From contig OY969100.1 in NCBI GenBank assembly GCA_963697895.1, positions 544,001 through 608,000 on the forward strand: a DNA stretch of 64,000 nucleotides, in the 5' to 3' direction. Of this stretch, positions 9,350 to 18,779 are shown in pieces. Position 1 is the first letter of the stretch. Each line of letters starts with the position of its first letter. The DNA is from an uncultured Methanomicrobiales archaeon. Lineage in GTDB: Archaea; Halobacteriota; Methanomicrobia; Methanomicrobiales; Methanospirillaceae. The position numbers were made by a program, and so were the translations under genes. Under the pieces are notes generated by a model, which searched no databases, was not told where the DNA came from, and saw only the letters and a program-made list of their open reading frames with translations.

Positions 9350-10135
9350 ATGATTGGAAAAGAAATTCGCATTGAACGGATTATGGACAGGAATACCGGC
9401 AGGGCGGTCATCGTGCCGATGGATCACGGGTTTACCCTCGGACAGATCGAAGGGCTGCTCGATATGACGAAGATCATATCCGAAGTGAGCGAAGGAGGTG
9501 CGAACGCGATCGTGCTCCACAAAGGACTGGTAAAACGGGGACACCGGCGAAGCGGAAGGGATATCGGTCTCATTGTCCACCTATCAGCGAGCACTTCCCT
9601 GAATCCGGATCCCAACGATAAGGTGATCGTGTGCACAGTCGAGGAGGCAGTCCGGCTCGGGGCAGACGGGGTCTCGATCCACATCAATCTGGGTGCACCG
9701 AACGAGTCGAGAATGCTTGAATCGGCCGGACTCATTGTAAAGGACTGTAACCGCTGGGGTATGCCGCTCCTGATCATGATCTACCCGAGAGGAAAGGGGA
9801 TTGATCCCATATCCCCGCAATCGGTTGGCCATTGTGTCCGGGTAGCCGAAGAACTTGGAGCCGATCTGATAAAGACGAATTACACCGGAGATCCGGTTTC
9901 ATTCAGGAAGATTGTCAAGGCATGTTCGGTTCCGGTATTCATCGCCGGCGGGGAGAAGGCAGGGGACCTTGAGACCCTGAATGCGATACGCGATTCAGTT
10001 CGTGCAGGCGGGGCAGGAGTCTGCGTCGGGCGGAATGCCTTCCAGCGGGATGACCCGCGGGCATTCGTCCGTGCACTCTGCCGGGTGGTCCACCAGGAGG
10101 AGGACCCGTGCCTGGCCCTGGAGCGTTCGGCATGA
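9350..10135 (+). CDS. ADH synthase / DhnA-type aldolase, copy 2
   Basis: Tandem paralog with the same motifs (IVPMDHG, ELGADLIKT, GRNAFQ). Confidence 0.85.
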   Translation: MIGKEIRIERIMDRNTGRAVIVPMDHGFTLGQIEGLLDMTKIISEVSEGGANAIVLHKGLVKRGHRRSGRDIGLIVHLSASTSLNPDPNDKVIVCTVEEAVRLGADGVSIHINLGAPNESRMLESAGLIVKDCNRWGMPLLIMIYPRGKGIDPISPQSVGHCVRVAEELGADLIKTNYTGDPVSFRKIVKACSVPVFIAGGEKAGDLETLNAIRDSVRAGGAGVCVGRNAFQRDDPRAFVRALCRVVHQEEDPCLALERSA

Positions 10136-11118
10136 AAGAGTTGTGGGTGGACGTTCGGCCCTGGCAGAAGGATCTGGCAACCACCGCGATCGAGAGCGGA
10201 GCCGATGCTCTGGTCGTCGAATGCGCCGGGCAGGTCAGGGAGCTGGGGAGGATGAAGACCATTGCTCCGGATGGAGACCTGGTACTGGAGAGAGAGGTTT
10301 TCGAGTGCACCCTTAAGGGAAAACAGGGAGAGAATGAAGCGCTGGCCCATGCTCGCGAAGGATTCGTGATCGTTCATGCCGACGACTGGACGGTTATCCC
10401 CCTGGAAAACCTCGTGAGCCGTTCAGATCGGATTATTGCGGCCGTTGGTACGGAAGAAGAAGCGGATCTGGCACTCCAGGTGCTGGAGCGGGGCGTATGC
10501 GGATTATGCCTCAGCACGGATGATCCTGCAGTGATACGCGCAGTAGCGGCGAAGATGCGGTCATCGGAGGAAAAGGTGAATCTGGTCCCGTTCACCATCA
10601 GCGCCATCCGGCAGGTGGGAATGGGTGACCGGGTCTGTGTCGATACCTGCTCCCTCCTCTCCGATGGGGAAGGGATGCTTATCGGCAACACCTCGTCAGG
10701 ATTTCTCCTCGTGCATGCAGAGACCCTGGAGAACCCATATGTTTCGCCCAGACCGTTCCGGGTGAATGCGGGCGCTGTCCATGCATATATCATGATGCCG
10801 GGAGGAAAGACCGCATACCTCTCCGATCTGAAGGTCGGTGACCCGGTCCTCGTTGCCGATCGGGAGGGCGAAGCCAGGGAAGTCACGGTCGGCCGGGTAA
10901 AGATAGAACGCCGCCCTATGCTCCTCGTGGAAGCGGTATCCGGAGAAACCACCATGAGTCTGATCCTCCAGAATGCGGAGACGATCCGGCTCGTCGGAGA
11001 AGATGGGAAGGCAAAATCGGTGGTGGATCTATCCGTAGGGGATCGCGTCCTCGGAGCACGCGAAGAGGGGGGAAGGCATTTCGGTGTGGCAATAAAGGAA
11101 CATATCAGGGAAAAGTGA
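10132..11118 (+). CDS. aroB': 3-dehydroquinate synthase II (archaeal)
   Basis: DWTVIPLENL, GDRVCVDTC, RPFRVNAGAVHAY, LQNAETIRL and GRHFG motifs; ATGA overlap with the upstream gene. Confidence 0.93.
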   Translation: MKELWVDVRPWQKDLATTAIESGADALVVECAGQVRELGRMKTIAPDGDLVLEREVFECTLKGKQGENEALAHAREGFVIVHADDWTVIPLENLVSRSDRIIAAVGTEEEADLALQVLERGVCGLCLSTDDPAVIRAVAAKMRSSEEKVNLVPFTISAIRQVGMGDRVCVDTCSLLSDGEGMLIGNTSSGFLLVHAETLENPYVSPRPFRVNAGAVHAYIMMPGGKTAYLSDLKVGDPVLVADREGEAREVTVGRVKIERRPMLLVEAVSGETTMSLILQNAETIRLVGEDGKAKSVVDLSVGDRVLGAREEGGRHFGVAIKEHIREK

Positions 11119-11122
11119 TATC

Positions 11123-11947
11123 GTGCAGGTCGGCATCATCGGTGGAACAGGAAAGATGGGGCAGCTCTTCCGGGACGTATTTGTACGTGCGGGGCATCCG
11201 ACGCTCTGTTCGGGAAGAACTACTGCGGTGACCGCACGCAGCATTGCGGAAATCTGTGATCTCGTCATGATAGCGGTTCCAATACATGCAACGGTGCAGG
11301 TGATCGATAAGATAGCCCCGCTCCTTCGCCCGTCACAGATCATCTGCGATCTCACGTCGCTGAAAGTGGAACCGGTCCGGGCGATGCTACGTTCACCGGC
11401 CCAGGTCGTGGGTCTCCATCCGATGTTCGGTCCCACCGTTCCCTCATTTCACGGGCAGACGATCATCGTTACTCCCGCCCGGTGCTCTGAAGAGGCCCTG
11501 GCGCCTCTGCTCACCCTTTTCCGGGGCGAAGGAGCCCGCATCACGATCACGTCCCCGGATACTCATGACCGGATGATGGCGATTGTTCAGGGACTGATGC
11601 ATTTTGTCACGCTCAGCATGGCGGAGACGATGAGACGCACCGGGGTTTCGCCCGAAGAAACGTTCCCATATATGAGTCCGGTGTACCGGATCGAGATGGG
11701 GCTGATCGGACGTCTCCTCGCACAGGATGCCCGGCTATATGGAGACATAATGCAGATGAACCCCTTTGTGGAAGATGTTCTCCATGCATTTGAGGAAGCG
11801 GTGCAGGATCTCAGGCATCTGGTTGAAGCCGGAGATAACGTCGGATTTACCCGGGTATTTAAGGAAAATTCGGTAAATTTCGGGGATTATTGCCCGCAGG
11901 CGATGGAGGAGACCGATATTCTGATCCGAACGGTGGTGAACGATTGA
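11123..11947 (+). CDS. tyrA: Prephenate dehydrogenase
   Basis: GIIGGTGKMG Rossmann motif; DLTSLK, GLHPMFGP and HDRMMAIVQGLMH. Confidence 0.92.
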   Translation: MQVGIIGGTGKMGQLFRDVFVRAGHPTLCSGRTTAVTARSIAEICDLVMIAVPIHATVQVIDKIAPLLRPSQIICDLTSLKVEPVRAMLRSPAQVVGLHPMFGPTVPSFHGQTIIVTPARCSEEALAPLLTLFRGEGARITITSPDTHDRMMAIVQGLMHFVTLSMAETMRRTGVSPEETFPYMSPVYRIEMGLIGRLLAQDARLYGDIMQMNPFVEDVLHAFEEAVQDLRHLVEAGDNVGFTRVFKENSVNFGDYCPQAMEETDILIRTVVND

Positions 11948-12735
11948 CTGTGTACGCACTGGGCCCCGCCGGGACCTTCAGTCACGAGCTGGCACTGAGG
12001 CACTATGGCAATGAAATCAGTCTTCTTCCAACCATACATCAGATATTCGGCGTTGTTGAAAAGGGTGCAGGCATCGGGGTTATACCGATCGAGAACAGTG
12101 AAGCCGGTGGTGTGGGGGCCACCCTTGACGGGCTCCAGCGATTTAATGTCTGTATCATCGGAGAGGCATATATGGAGATCCATCACCACCTGGTAGGGTT
12201 TGAGCCACCAGCGCTCTTCGAGCGGATCTATGTCCATCCCCAGACCCATGAGCAATGCAGCGAGGTGCTCGGAAAGCTGGGGAAGGAAGTGGTTCATACG
12301 AGCAGCAACTCTGCAAGCGCCCAGGAAATGAAGAAAACCCCCCATTCGGGAGCCGTCGTCTCAAGGATGACCGCCGAACTCTACCACCTTCCGATACTCA
12401 TGCCGAATATCGAGAATAATCCAGACAATATCACCCGCTTTATCTCTATATCCGACAATCCCGGCTCTTTTACCGGAGCGACCAAATGCAGTATCCTCAT
12501 TGATCCTCAGGCGGACCGTGCAGGGCTCCTCCATACCATACTCGGTGTTTTTGCCCGCCGTGAGATTAATCTGACCCGTATCGAGTCCAGACCGTCCAAA
12601 AGAGGAATGGGGAGGTATGTATTCTTCATTGACCTGGCTTTCTCGGACGGCTGGAAGGATGCAATCGGGGAACTGATGGAGATGACCCGGGTGAAGCATC
12701 TCGGTTGTTATTCGCGGTTGGAGGAATCCGGGTGA
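11944..12735 (+). CDS. pheA: Prephenate dehydratase with ACT domain
   Basis: LGPAGTFSH, PIENSEAG, NITRF and NLTRIESRPSK motifs; probable TTG start. Confidence 0.92.
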   Translation: MTVYALGPAGTFSHELALRHYGNEISLLPTIHQIFGVVEKGAGIGVIPIENSEAGGVGATLDGLQRFNVCIIGEAYMEIHHHLVGFEPPALFERIYVHPQTHEQCSEVLGKLGKEVVHTSSNSASAQEMKKTPHSGAVVSRMTAELYHLPILMPNIENNPDNITRFISISDNPGSFTGATKCSILIDPQADRAGLLHTILGVFARREINLTRIESRPSKRGMGRYVFFIDLAFSDGWKDAIGELMEMTRVKHLGCYSRLEESG

Positions 12736-14000
12736 AAATCACGATGCAACGGGCGGGACCTATCGACCTGACGGTTCCTGCCCCTCCCTCCAAGAGTTAT
12801 ACCCACCGGGCACTGATCATCTCGGCGCTTGCGGAGGGCTCTTCAGAAATTCGAAACCCACTCTCATCCGGTGATATCGACTGCACCCGAATGGCACTCC
12901 GATCTCTCGGCATCGTGGTACAGGAAAGAGACGGGGTGCTATCTGTCCGTGGATCAGACGGAAGACCCGACTGCCCGGATGGGCTCGTCCTCGATCTGGG
13001 TAACTCGGGCACCAGTTTCCGCCTTCTTGCATCGTGGGGACTACTCTGCGGAACACCCCTGATCCTGACCGGGAGTGCCCGGATGCAGGAACGGCCCGTC
13101 GGCCCGCTCGTCGCGGGGCTCAATGCCCTCGGCGGCAGGGTTACATACCTGAGAAATGCCGGTTACCCGCCTGTACGGATCGCGGGTGACCTGAAAGGAG
13201 GGGATGCTTGGATCGAAGGACAGATCAGCAGCCAGTTCATCTCATCCGTTCTCATCATCGCACCCTATGCGAAAGAGCCTGTACATCTTGATATCAGGGG
13301 TGAACCGGCCTCACGTTCGTACATAGATCTCACCTGTGATGTGATGGAGGCCTTCGGTGGCCGCGTCTTACGGGAAGGATATTCCCATTTCGAGATAAGC
13401 ACGACCGACCGGTACCGGGGGAGGACGTTCGTGGTCGAAGGCGATCTCTCCTCTGCCTCCTATTTCTTCGCGATGGCAGCCGTTACGCGGGGACGGGTCC
13501 GGGTGACCGGGGTCAATCCGGCATCTCTCCAGGGGGACCTCCGCTTTGTATCGGCACTGGAGTCAATGGGGTGTTCTATCCGGAATGGACGCGATATGAT
13601 TGAGGTATCCTGCGAAGGTGCATTGGAGGGGATCGATATCGATATGTCGGCGGCACCGGACACCGTTCAGACGCTCTGCGTTGTTGCGGCATGCGCACGG
13701 AGTGAAACCCGGATCTCCGGGGTATCGCATCTCCGGTATAAAGAGAGCGATCGACTCGCTGAAACAGCTTCCCTATTGAACAGTCTCGGAGGTTCCATGA
13801 AGGTCGATGAGGGGGAGATATTCATCCGGCCGTCACCGCTCCATGGCGGTACAATCGATCCCCGGAATGATCACCGGACCGCGATGAGCTTTGCCGTTCT
13901 CGGGCTAGCTGTTGGCGGCATCACGATCCTCAACGCAGAATGCGCAGGAAAATCATTTCCGGGTTTCTGGGATCTGCTTCGGGGGGGTGGTCTGGCATGA
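12732..14000 (+). CDS. aroA: 3-phosphoshikimate 1-carboxyvinyltransferase (EPSP synthase)
   Basis: PPSKSYTHRA, GNSGTSFR, SSQFISS, KESDRL, DHRTAM and KSFPGFW motifs. Confidence 0.95.
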   Translation: MKITMQRAGPIDLTVPAPPSKSYTHRALIISALAEGSSEIRNPLSSGDIDCTRMALRSLGIVVQERDGVLSVRGSDGRPDCPDGLVLDLGNSGTSFRLLASWGLLCGTPLILTGSARMQERPVGPLVAGLNALGGRVTYLRNAGYPPVRIAGDLKGGDAWIEGQISSQFISSVLIIAPYAKEPVHLDIRGEPASRSYIDLTCDVMEAFGGRVLREGYSHFEISTTDRYRGRTFVVEGDLSSASYFFAMAAVTRGRVRVTGVNPASLQGDLRFVSALESMGCSIRNGRDMIEVSCEGALEGIDIDMSAAPDTVQTLCVVAACARSETRISGVSHLRYKESDRLAETASLLNSLGGSMKVDEGEIFIRPSPLHGGTIDPRNDHRTAMSFAVLGLAVGGITILNAECAGKSFPGFWDLLRGGGLA

Positions 14001-15382
14001 GGATAGTTCTTACGGGATTTCGGGGTACGGGAAAGACCCTGGTAGGAAAACGCCTCTCCCATCTCCTCGACATCCCTTTCATCGACACTGACAACCGGAT
14101 CGAAGAGGCAGCAGGGATGACCATTCACGAGATGATGATGACGCACGGCGAGGTATATTTCCGCCGGCGGGAGCGGGAGGTCATATCATCGCTTGAGCAG
14201 GGAGATGCAGTGATCAGCACCGGCGGGGGGGCGATCCTCGATCCGGAGAACGTTGAGGATCTCCGGCAGGGAAGCATCGTGTTCCTCCTCGAGGCAGACG
14301 AAAAGACGATCGAGGAACGGATCGAGAACACCACGAGGCCGCCGCTGACGCAACTCGCATTGCGGGATGAAATTCATGCGCTGCTGGCCGCCCGTGAGCC
14401 GCTCTACATCGCATCCGCAGATATCTGCATAAACACGGTGGGGAAACAGGTAAACGAGGTATGCCTCGGCATCCAGCGCATTCTTTCAGAAGGGATCGCG
14501 GACCAGGGTTCCCGGGACCGGGTCGCCCAGTTTATCAGGAGAACGGGTATCACCTCGCCGGAAATTCCGGAGACGATCGATCGGCTTGTTGGCGACTCTT
14601 TCGACCCTTACACCCGGTTCTATGGGATCGCTGGGAATCCGTGCACACATAGCAGAAGCCCGCCACTCTTCAACGCCCTATTCGACCTGTACCACATGAA
14701 TGGATTTTACACCAGATTCCAGTGGCCGGATATCGATGAGATCCTTTCCCATGCCCGGATCCTCGGGATGAAAGGGCTCAGTGTAACAATCCCGTTCAAA
14801 GAACAGATTCTGCCCCTGATGGATCGTATTGACGGACACGCAGAAAAGATCGGTGCGGTGAACACGGTAGTGTTCTGCGGGAGAAGAACGCATGGCTTCA
14901 ATACCGACTGGCTGGGCATCCGCGGACCCCTCGGGGGGCACAGGAATGAAAAGGCAGCGGTACTGGGCGCCGGCGGGGCCGCGGCAGCGGCTGTATATGC
15001 CCTTCTCGACCTGGGGATGGACGTCACGATCCTCAACCGGACCGTGGAGAGGGGAAGGCTCCTTGCCGAACGGTTCGGGTGCCATTCAGCTCCCCTGGAA
15101 GCATTCGCCTCGCTCTCCCCGGAGGTGGTGATCAATGCCACACCGGTTGGGATGGCACCCGATCGCCGGAGTCCGGTACCGGGAGAACAACTGAAACCTG
15201 GGATGACCATATTCGATCTGGTATACACCCCATCGGAGACTCCGCTTCTCCGTGCTGCAGCGGCTGCCGGATGCACGACCATCCCCGGGACCGAGATGTT
15301 TATCCGGCAGGCGTGCGCACAGTTCAGACACTTCACGGGTATCGTAGTGCCCGAAGAGCAGGTCAGGAGGATTCTGGTATGA
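13997..15382 (+). CDS. aroK-aroE: Shikimate kinase (AroK, P-loop type) - shikimate dehydrogenase (AroE) fusion
   Basis: N-terminal GFRGTGKT, DTD, FRRRE, STGGG and RPPL; C-terminal HSRSP, SVTIPFK, GAVNT, NTDW, GAGGAA and NATPVGM. Confidence 0.9.
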   Translation: MRIVLTGFRGTGKTLVGKRLSHLLDIPFIDTDNRIEEAAGMTIHEMMMTHGEVYFRRREREVISSLEQGDAVISTGGGAILDPENVEDLRQGSIVFLLEADEKTIEERIENTTRPPLTQLALRDEIHALLAAREPLYIASADICINTVGKQVNEVCLGIQRILSEGIADQGSRDRVAQFIRRTGITSPEIPETIDRLVGDSFDPYTRFYGIAGNPCTHSRSPPLFNALFDLYHMNGFYTRFQWPDIDEILSHARILGMKGLSVTIPFKEQILPLMDRIDGHAEKIGAVNTVVFCGRRTHGFNTDWLGIRGPLGGHRNEKAAVLGAGGAAAAAVYALLDLGMDVTILNRTVERGRLLAERFGCHSAPLEAFASLSPEVVINATPVGMAPDRRSPVPGEQLKPGMTIFDLVYTPSETPLLRAAAAAGCTTIPGTEMFIRQACAQFRHFTGIVVPEEQVRRILV

Positions 15383-16413
15383 ACACATTCGGTCGGAATT
15401 TCCGGTGTACTTCCTTCGGCGAGAGCCATGGTCCTGCGATCGGCGTTATCGTGGACGGGTGTCCTGCCGGGCTTTCCCTTTCTCCCGAAGCTATCCAGCC
15501 CTTCCTCGACCGGAGAAGGCCGGGCACCAGTGACCTTGTTTCTCAGCGCAGGGAACCCGATCAGGTTTCTATCGCGTCCGGATTATTCGGGGGAAGGACC
15601 ACCGGCATGCCGATCATGATGATGATCAAGAACCGTGACATCGAGTCAGGTGCGTACGATACCATCAGGGATCTCTACCGGCCCGGACACGCAGACTTTA
15701 CCTATGACCAGAAGTATGGAATTCGCGATCACCGTGGCGGAGGGAGGAGTTCCGGACGGGAAACGGCCGCCCGTGTCGCTGCAGGGGCAATTGCCCGGAT
15801 TTTTCTTGAACGATATAACATTGTCATCCATGGCAGAATACAAGAAGTACATGGTAAAACCGACGATTCGGAAATAGCGGAAGAGATCAGGTCGGCGCAA
15901 ATGCGGGGGGATTCGGTCGGCGGGATCGTAGAGGTCATCGCAACCGGATGTCCCGTTGGCCTCGGAGATCCGGTCTTTGGAAAACTCGACGCACAGATAG
16001 CCTCCGCGATGATGGGGATCGGTGCGGTGAAGGGGGTCGAGATCGGAGAGGGATTTCATGCTGCCGCTCTGTATGGGAGCGAGAACAACGATCAGATAAC
16101 AGGCGCAGGTTTTCTCTCCAATCATGCAGGTGGTATACTGGGGGGGATCAGTAATGGTGAGGAGATTGTCGTCCGGATTTCTGTCAAACCCACCCCGTCG
16201 ATCAGTATACCGCAGAAAACGATCGACAGGAGCGGGAAAGAGCGGGTTATCTCCGTTCAGGGCAGGCATGACCCCTGTATCGTCCCACGCATCGTCCCGG
16301 TGGCAGAGGCCATGCTTGCACTTGTCATTATTGATTGCCTGCTCGAAAATGCCAAGTACCAGGTATTCGGAGATCTAACCTGCGGGATTCAGGGGCCTGA
16401 AGAGGACGATTAA
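15379..16413 (+). CDS. aroC: Chorismate synthase
   Basis: GESHG, RPGHAD, GGGRSSGRETA, KPTPSI and GRHDPCI motifs. Confidence 0.96.
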   Translation: MNTFGRNFRCTSFGESHGPAIGVIVDGCPAGLSLSPEAIQPFLDRRRPGTSDLVSQRREPDQVSIASGLFGGRTTGMPIMMMIKNRDIESGAYDTIRDLYRPGHADFTYDQKYGIRDHRGGGRSSGRETAARVAAGAIARIFLERYNIVIHGRIQEVHGKTDDSEIAEEIRSAQMRGDSVGGIVEVIATGCPVGLGDPVFGKLDAQIASAMMGIGAVKGVEIGEGFHAAALYGSENNDQITGAGFLSNHAGGILGGISNGEEIVVRISVKPTPSISIPQKTIDRSGKERVISVQGRHDPCIVPRIVPVAEAMLALVIIDCLLENAKYQVFGDLTCGIQGPEEDD

Positions 16414-16450
16414 TACCTGCATTCCATATGGTTAAACCGGGAATATCATT

Positions 16451-16849
16451 ATGAAAACCACCGTATTTATCCTGATTTCGCTGATCCTCTGTGTAACACT
16501 GGTTGTATCCGGATGCATTTCGGCAGTAAAACCTATCGGGGATCAGAATAAGGAAAATACGCTCTCACCTCTCCAGGTATATTTCATCAGCCAGGATGGC
16601 GACTGGTCCCTATCGCGGGGGTGCTATTGGGATATCTCGTACCAGGTCTATAATGCCGGAGACACCCCGTTGAAGAACGTTCGGCTCACGATCGAACTGA
16701 TCAATGCTAATTCAGGCGCAGTACGGGATTCGAGGGATATTGTTATCGGGGTCATGGCTCCTGGCACATCGCGGGAAGTAACCGGCGAACTCGACGGTGA
16801 GTGCACAAATGAGTATACGGTCCGGGCAGTGCCTTCGTTTGACTGGTGA
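16451..16849 (+). CDS. Small lipoprotein, Ig-like (FxLYD/CARDB-like) fold
   Basis: Hydrophobic signal ending VSGC (lipobox); YQVYNAGDTPLKNVRLTIEL beta-rich pattern. Confidence 0.7.
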   Translation: MKTTVFILISLILCVTLVVSGCISAVKPIGDQNKENTLSPLQVYFISQDGDWSLSRGCYWDISYQVYNAGDTPLKNVRLTIELINANSGAVRDSRDIVIGVMAPGTSREVTGELDGECTNEYTVRAVPSFDW

Positions 16850-16909
16850 ACCCATTCGCAGTAAACCCGAAAGGGATATTTTTCCCCGGAGTTCAAAAAA
16901 GATACCGGG

Positions 16910-17794
16910 TTATCGGGGATTCTTTCCCGTCACGGCCGGATTCGCCGGATCTGCACTCCACTCAGTGAATCCGCCCTCATAGAGTTTCACCTTCGGATAT
17001 CCGAGGTAAAACTTGAACAGGATAAACTCGTTGGTCGCTTCCCGGCCGGTACCGCAGGAGGTGATGACCGTTTTATCCGGTGTAGCCCCTTTTGCCGTGA
17101 TCAACCCGTGTACCTCATCATCCGTTTTCAGGAGCATCCGGTTATCGGTGTTCATGAGGGTCACCCAGGGAATGCTGACCGCACCCGGAATATGCCCGGG
17201 CCGGATCCAGGGTCCCTGGCCTTCGTAGACCGCTGCAGGCCGGGCATCGATCAGGATATGGTCCGAACGGTCTTTCACCGATTTCAGTTCATCGATCCCC
17301 ATAATAAAGTCCTTCTGCAGTTCAGCCCTGAAATCCGATGATTTAAAGATGGGGAACTTCTGCGTGAGCGGGCGCTCCTCGGCCTTCCACTTTTCCAGGC
17401 CTCCATCGAGCACATAGACTTTTTTATGGTTGAATCTTGCCAGGCTGTATGCCACCATCGTCTGTTCCAGCCCGTCCCCGATGAAATTTCCACACATCGT
17501 CAGCGGACCCCTGCTGCAGTAGACGACGACCGGAAGATCGTTCTTCATGCCGGCGGCCCGTAAGGTGAACTGCGCCGCTTCCGGCGGGATCCAGTTAGTG
17601 GGGAGACCTGCATGAGCGCGGAATATCCCTTCCGGAATGTACCGGGCGCCGGGAATATGCTCCTTTATGTATTCATGGACATTTGGCTGGCAGTCGACGA
17701 TCATCAACTGATCATCCTCGAGGTGGTCACCGAGCCATTCGGTCGAGACCCACTTTACCGGCCCCTGTGCCTTTGCGTAAGGATATACTTTCAT
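16910..17794 (-). CDS. Tandem-rhodanese thiosulfate/mercaptopyruvate sulfurtransferase
   Basis: VSTEWL, HIPGA, LDGGL and GHIPGA; catalytic loop CGTGREA; LYEGGFTEW. Confidence 0.92.
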   Translation of the reverse strand: MKVYPYAKAQGPVKWVSTEWLGDHLEDDQLMIVDCQPNVHEYIKEHIPGARYIPEGIFRAHAGLPTNWIPPEAAQFTLRAAGMKNDLPVVVYCSRGPLTMCGNFIGDGLEQTMVAYSLARFNHKKVYVLDGGLEKWKAEERPLTQKFPIFKSSDFRAELQKDFIMGIDELKSVKDRSDHILIDARPAAVYEGQGPWIRPGHIPGAVSIPWVTLMNTDNRMLLKTDDEVHGLITAKGATPDKTVITSCGTGREATNEFILFKFYLGYPKVKLYEGGFTEWSADPANPAVTGKNPR

Positions 17795-17978
17795 GAGACA
17801 ATCTCCGCTTCCGAAGCATATCCGCTATTACCACCGAAACTGATATATATTTCGATAAAGCCAATAGGTCCGGTAAAATCGGCTTTTATTCCCTATTTTT
17901 GATACATCCATGGGTTAAAGGGGCCTTGCACCAGGTGCTGACCGATGAAACGGGATATCGGGAAAAGCGAAAGCAGGA

Positions 17979-18647
17979 TTAATCCATAAATGAATCATTT
18001 CTTTCCTGTTCGGGGGATGAATGAAAAAGAAGACCATATAATTTTTTCAGATCCCGGATATGGTACTGCCCTTCCGCAACCGGGGAACCTGCATGGCAGA
18101 ATACCATCTCCGATCCGAAGAGCGGGAGAAGTACGCGGGCGTAACTGAACTCTTCTCCTGTAATACTCGTAATCAGTGGTCCCGAATGAAGCGTGAATGA
18201 GAGGAATGTGATCAAATCGTCAGGTGTCTCCGGCCTGACCACAATTTTGGGAAGATCCCCATACGATCGGAGGATCCCGAGGATCTTTTCCAATCCCTCT
18301 TTATCAGGCATATCCCCGGTATGATATGACGCGATCACAACCTTGCCTCGTTTCTTCATACCGGCTGCATACGCCCGCACAGTACATTCCATATCCACGA
18401 TATCGAGATACGGGAGGAGTGGGGTCATTATCCGCAGCCATTCGGACGGGGTCCCCTCAAAAGCCCCGCCCTCCGTTCTGCTCCGGATTGTTCCGATGAG
18501 CGGAAGCGGAGTCTGTTCCCGGATCGATGCCACCAGCGCCCGGAGATCCCCTCTCATCAGGTCGATCCGGATCTCAATGAGATCGGCACCCGACTGCTGG
18601 GCATCCTCAATACTCGTGGGATCAGAGATTGAAACAACTATCTTCAT
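17979..18647 (-). CDS. aroD: Type I 3-dehydroquinate dehydratase
   Basis: ADLIEIRID, TIRSRTEGG, IASYH, PKIV and GQ motifs. Confidence 0.88.
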   Translation of the reverse strand: MKIVVSISDPTSIEDAQQSGADLIEIRIDLMRGDLRALVASIREQTPLPLIGTIRSRTEGGAFEGTPSEWLRIMTPLLPYLDIVDMECTVRAYAAGMKKRGKVVIASYHTGDMPDKEGLEKILGILRSYGDLPKIVVRPETPDDLITFLSFTLHSGPLITSITGEEFSYARVLLPLFGSEMVFCHAGSPVAEGQYHIRDLKKLYGLLFHSSPEQERNDSFMD

Positions 18648-18779
18648 CCTTCGCGTCTGATATGGTACCTGTAATCGGATAAATATGCCTTCAATAATGG
18701 TCTGTGGCGTTCGTCCTCTTATCAATACGAACAGTACGGGTAATCCGCCCTATCCCGCCCTTTCATCCTCCATGATGGA

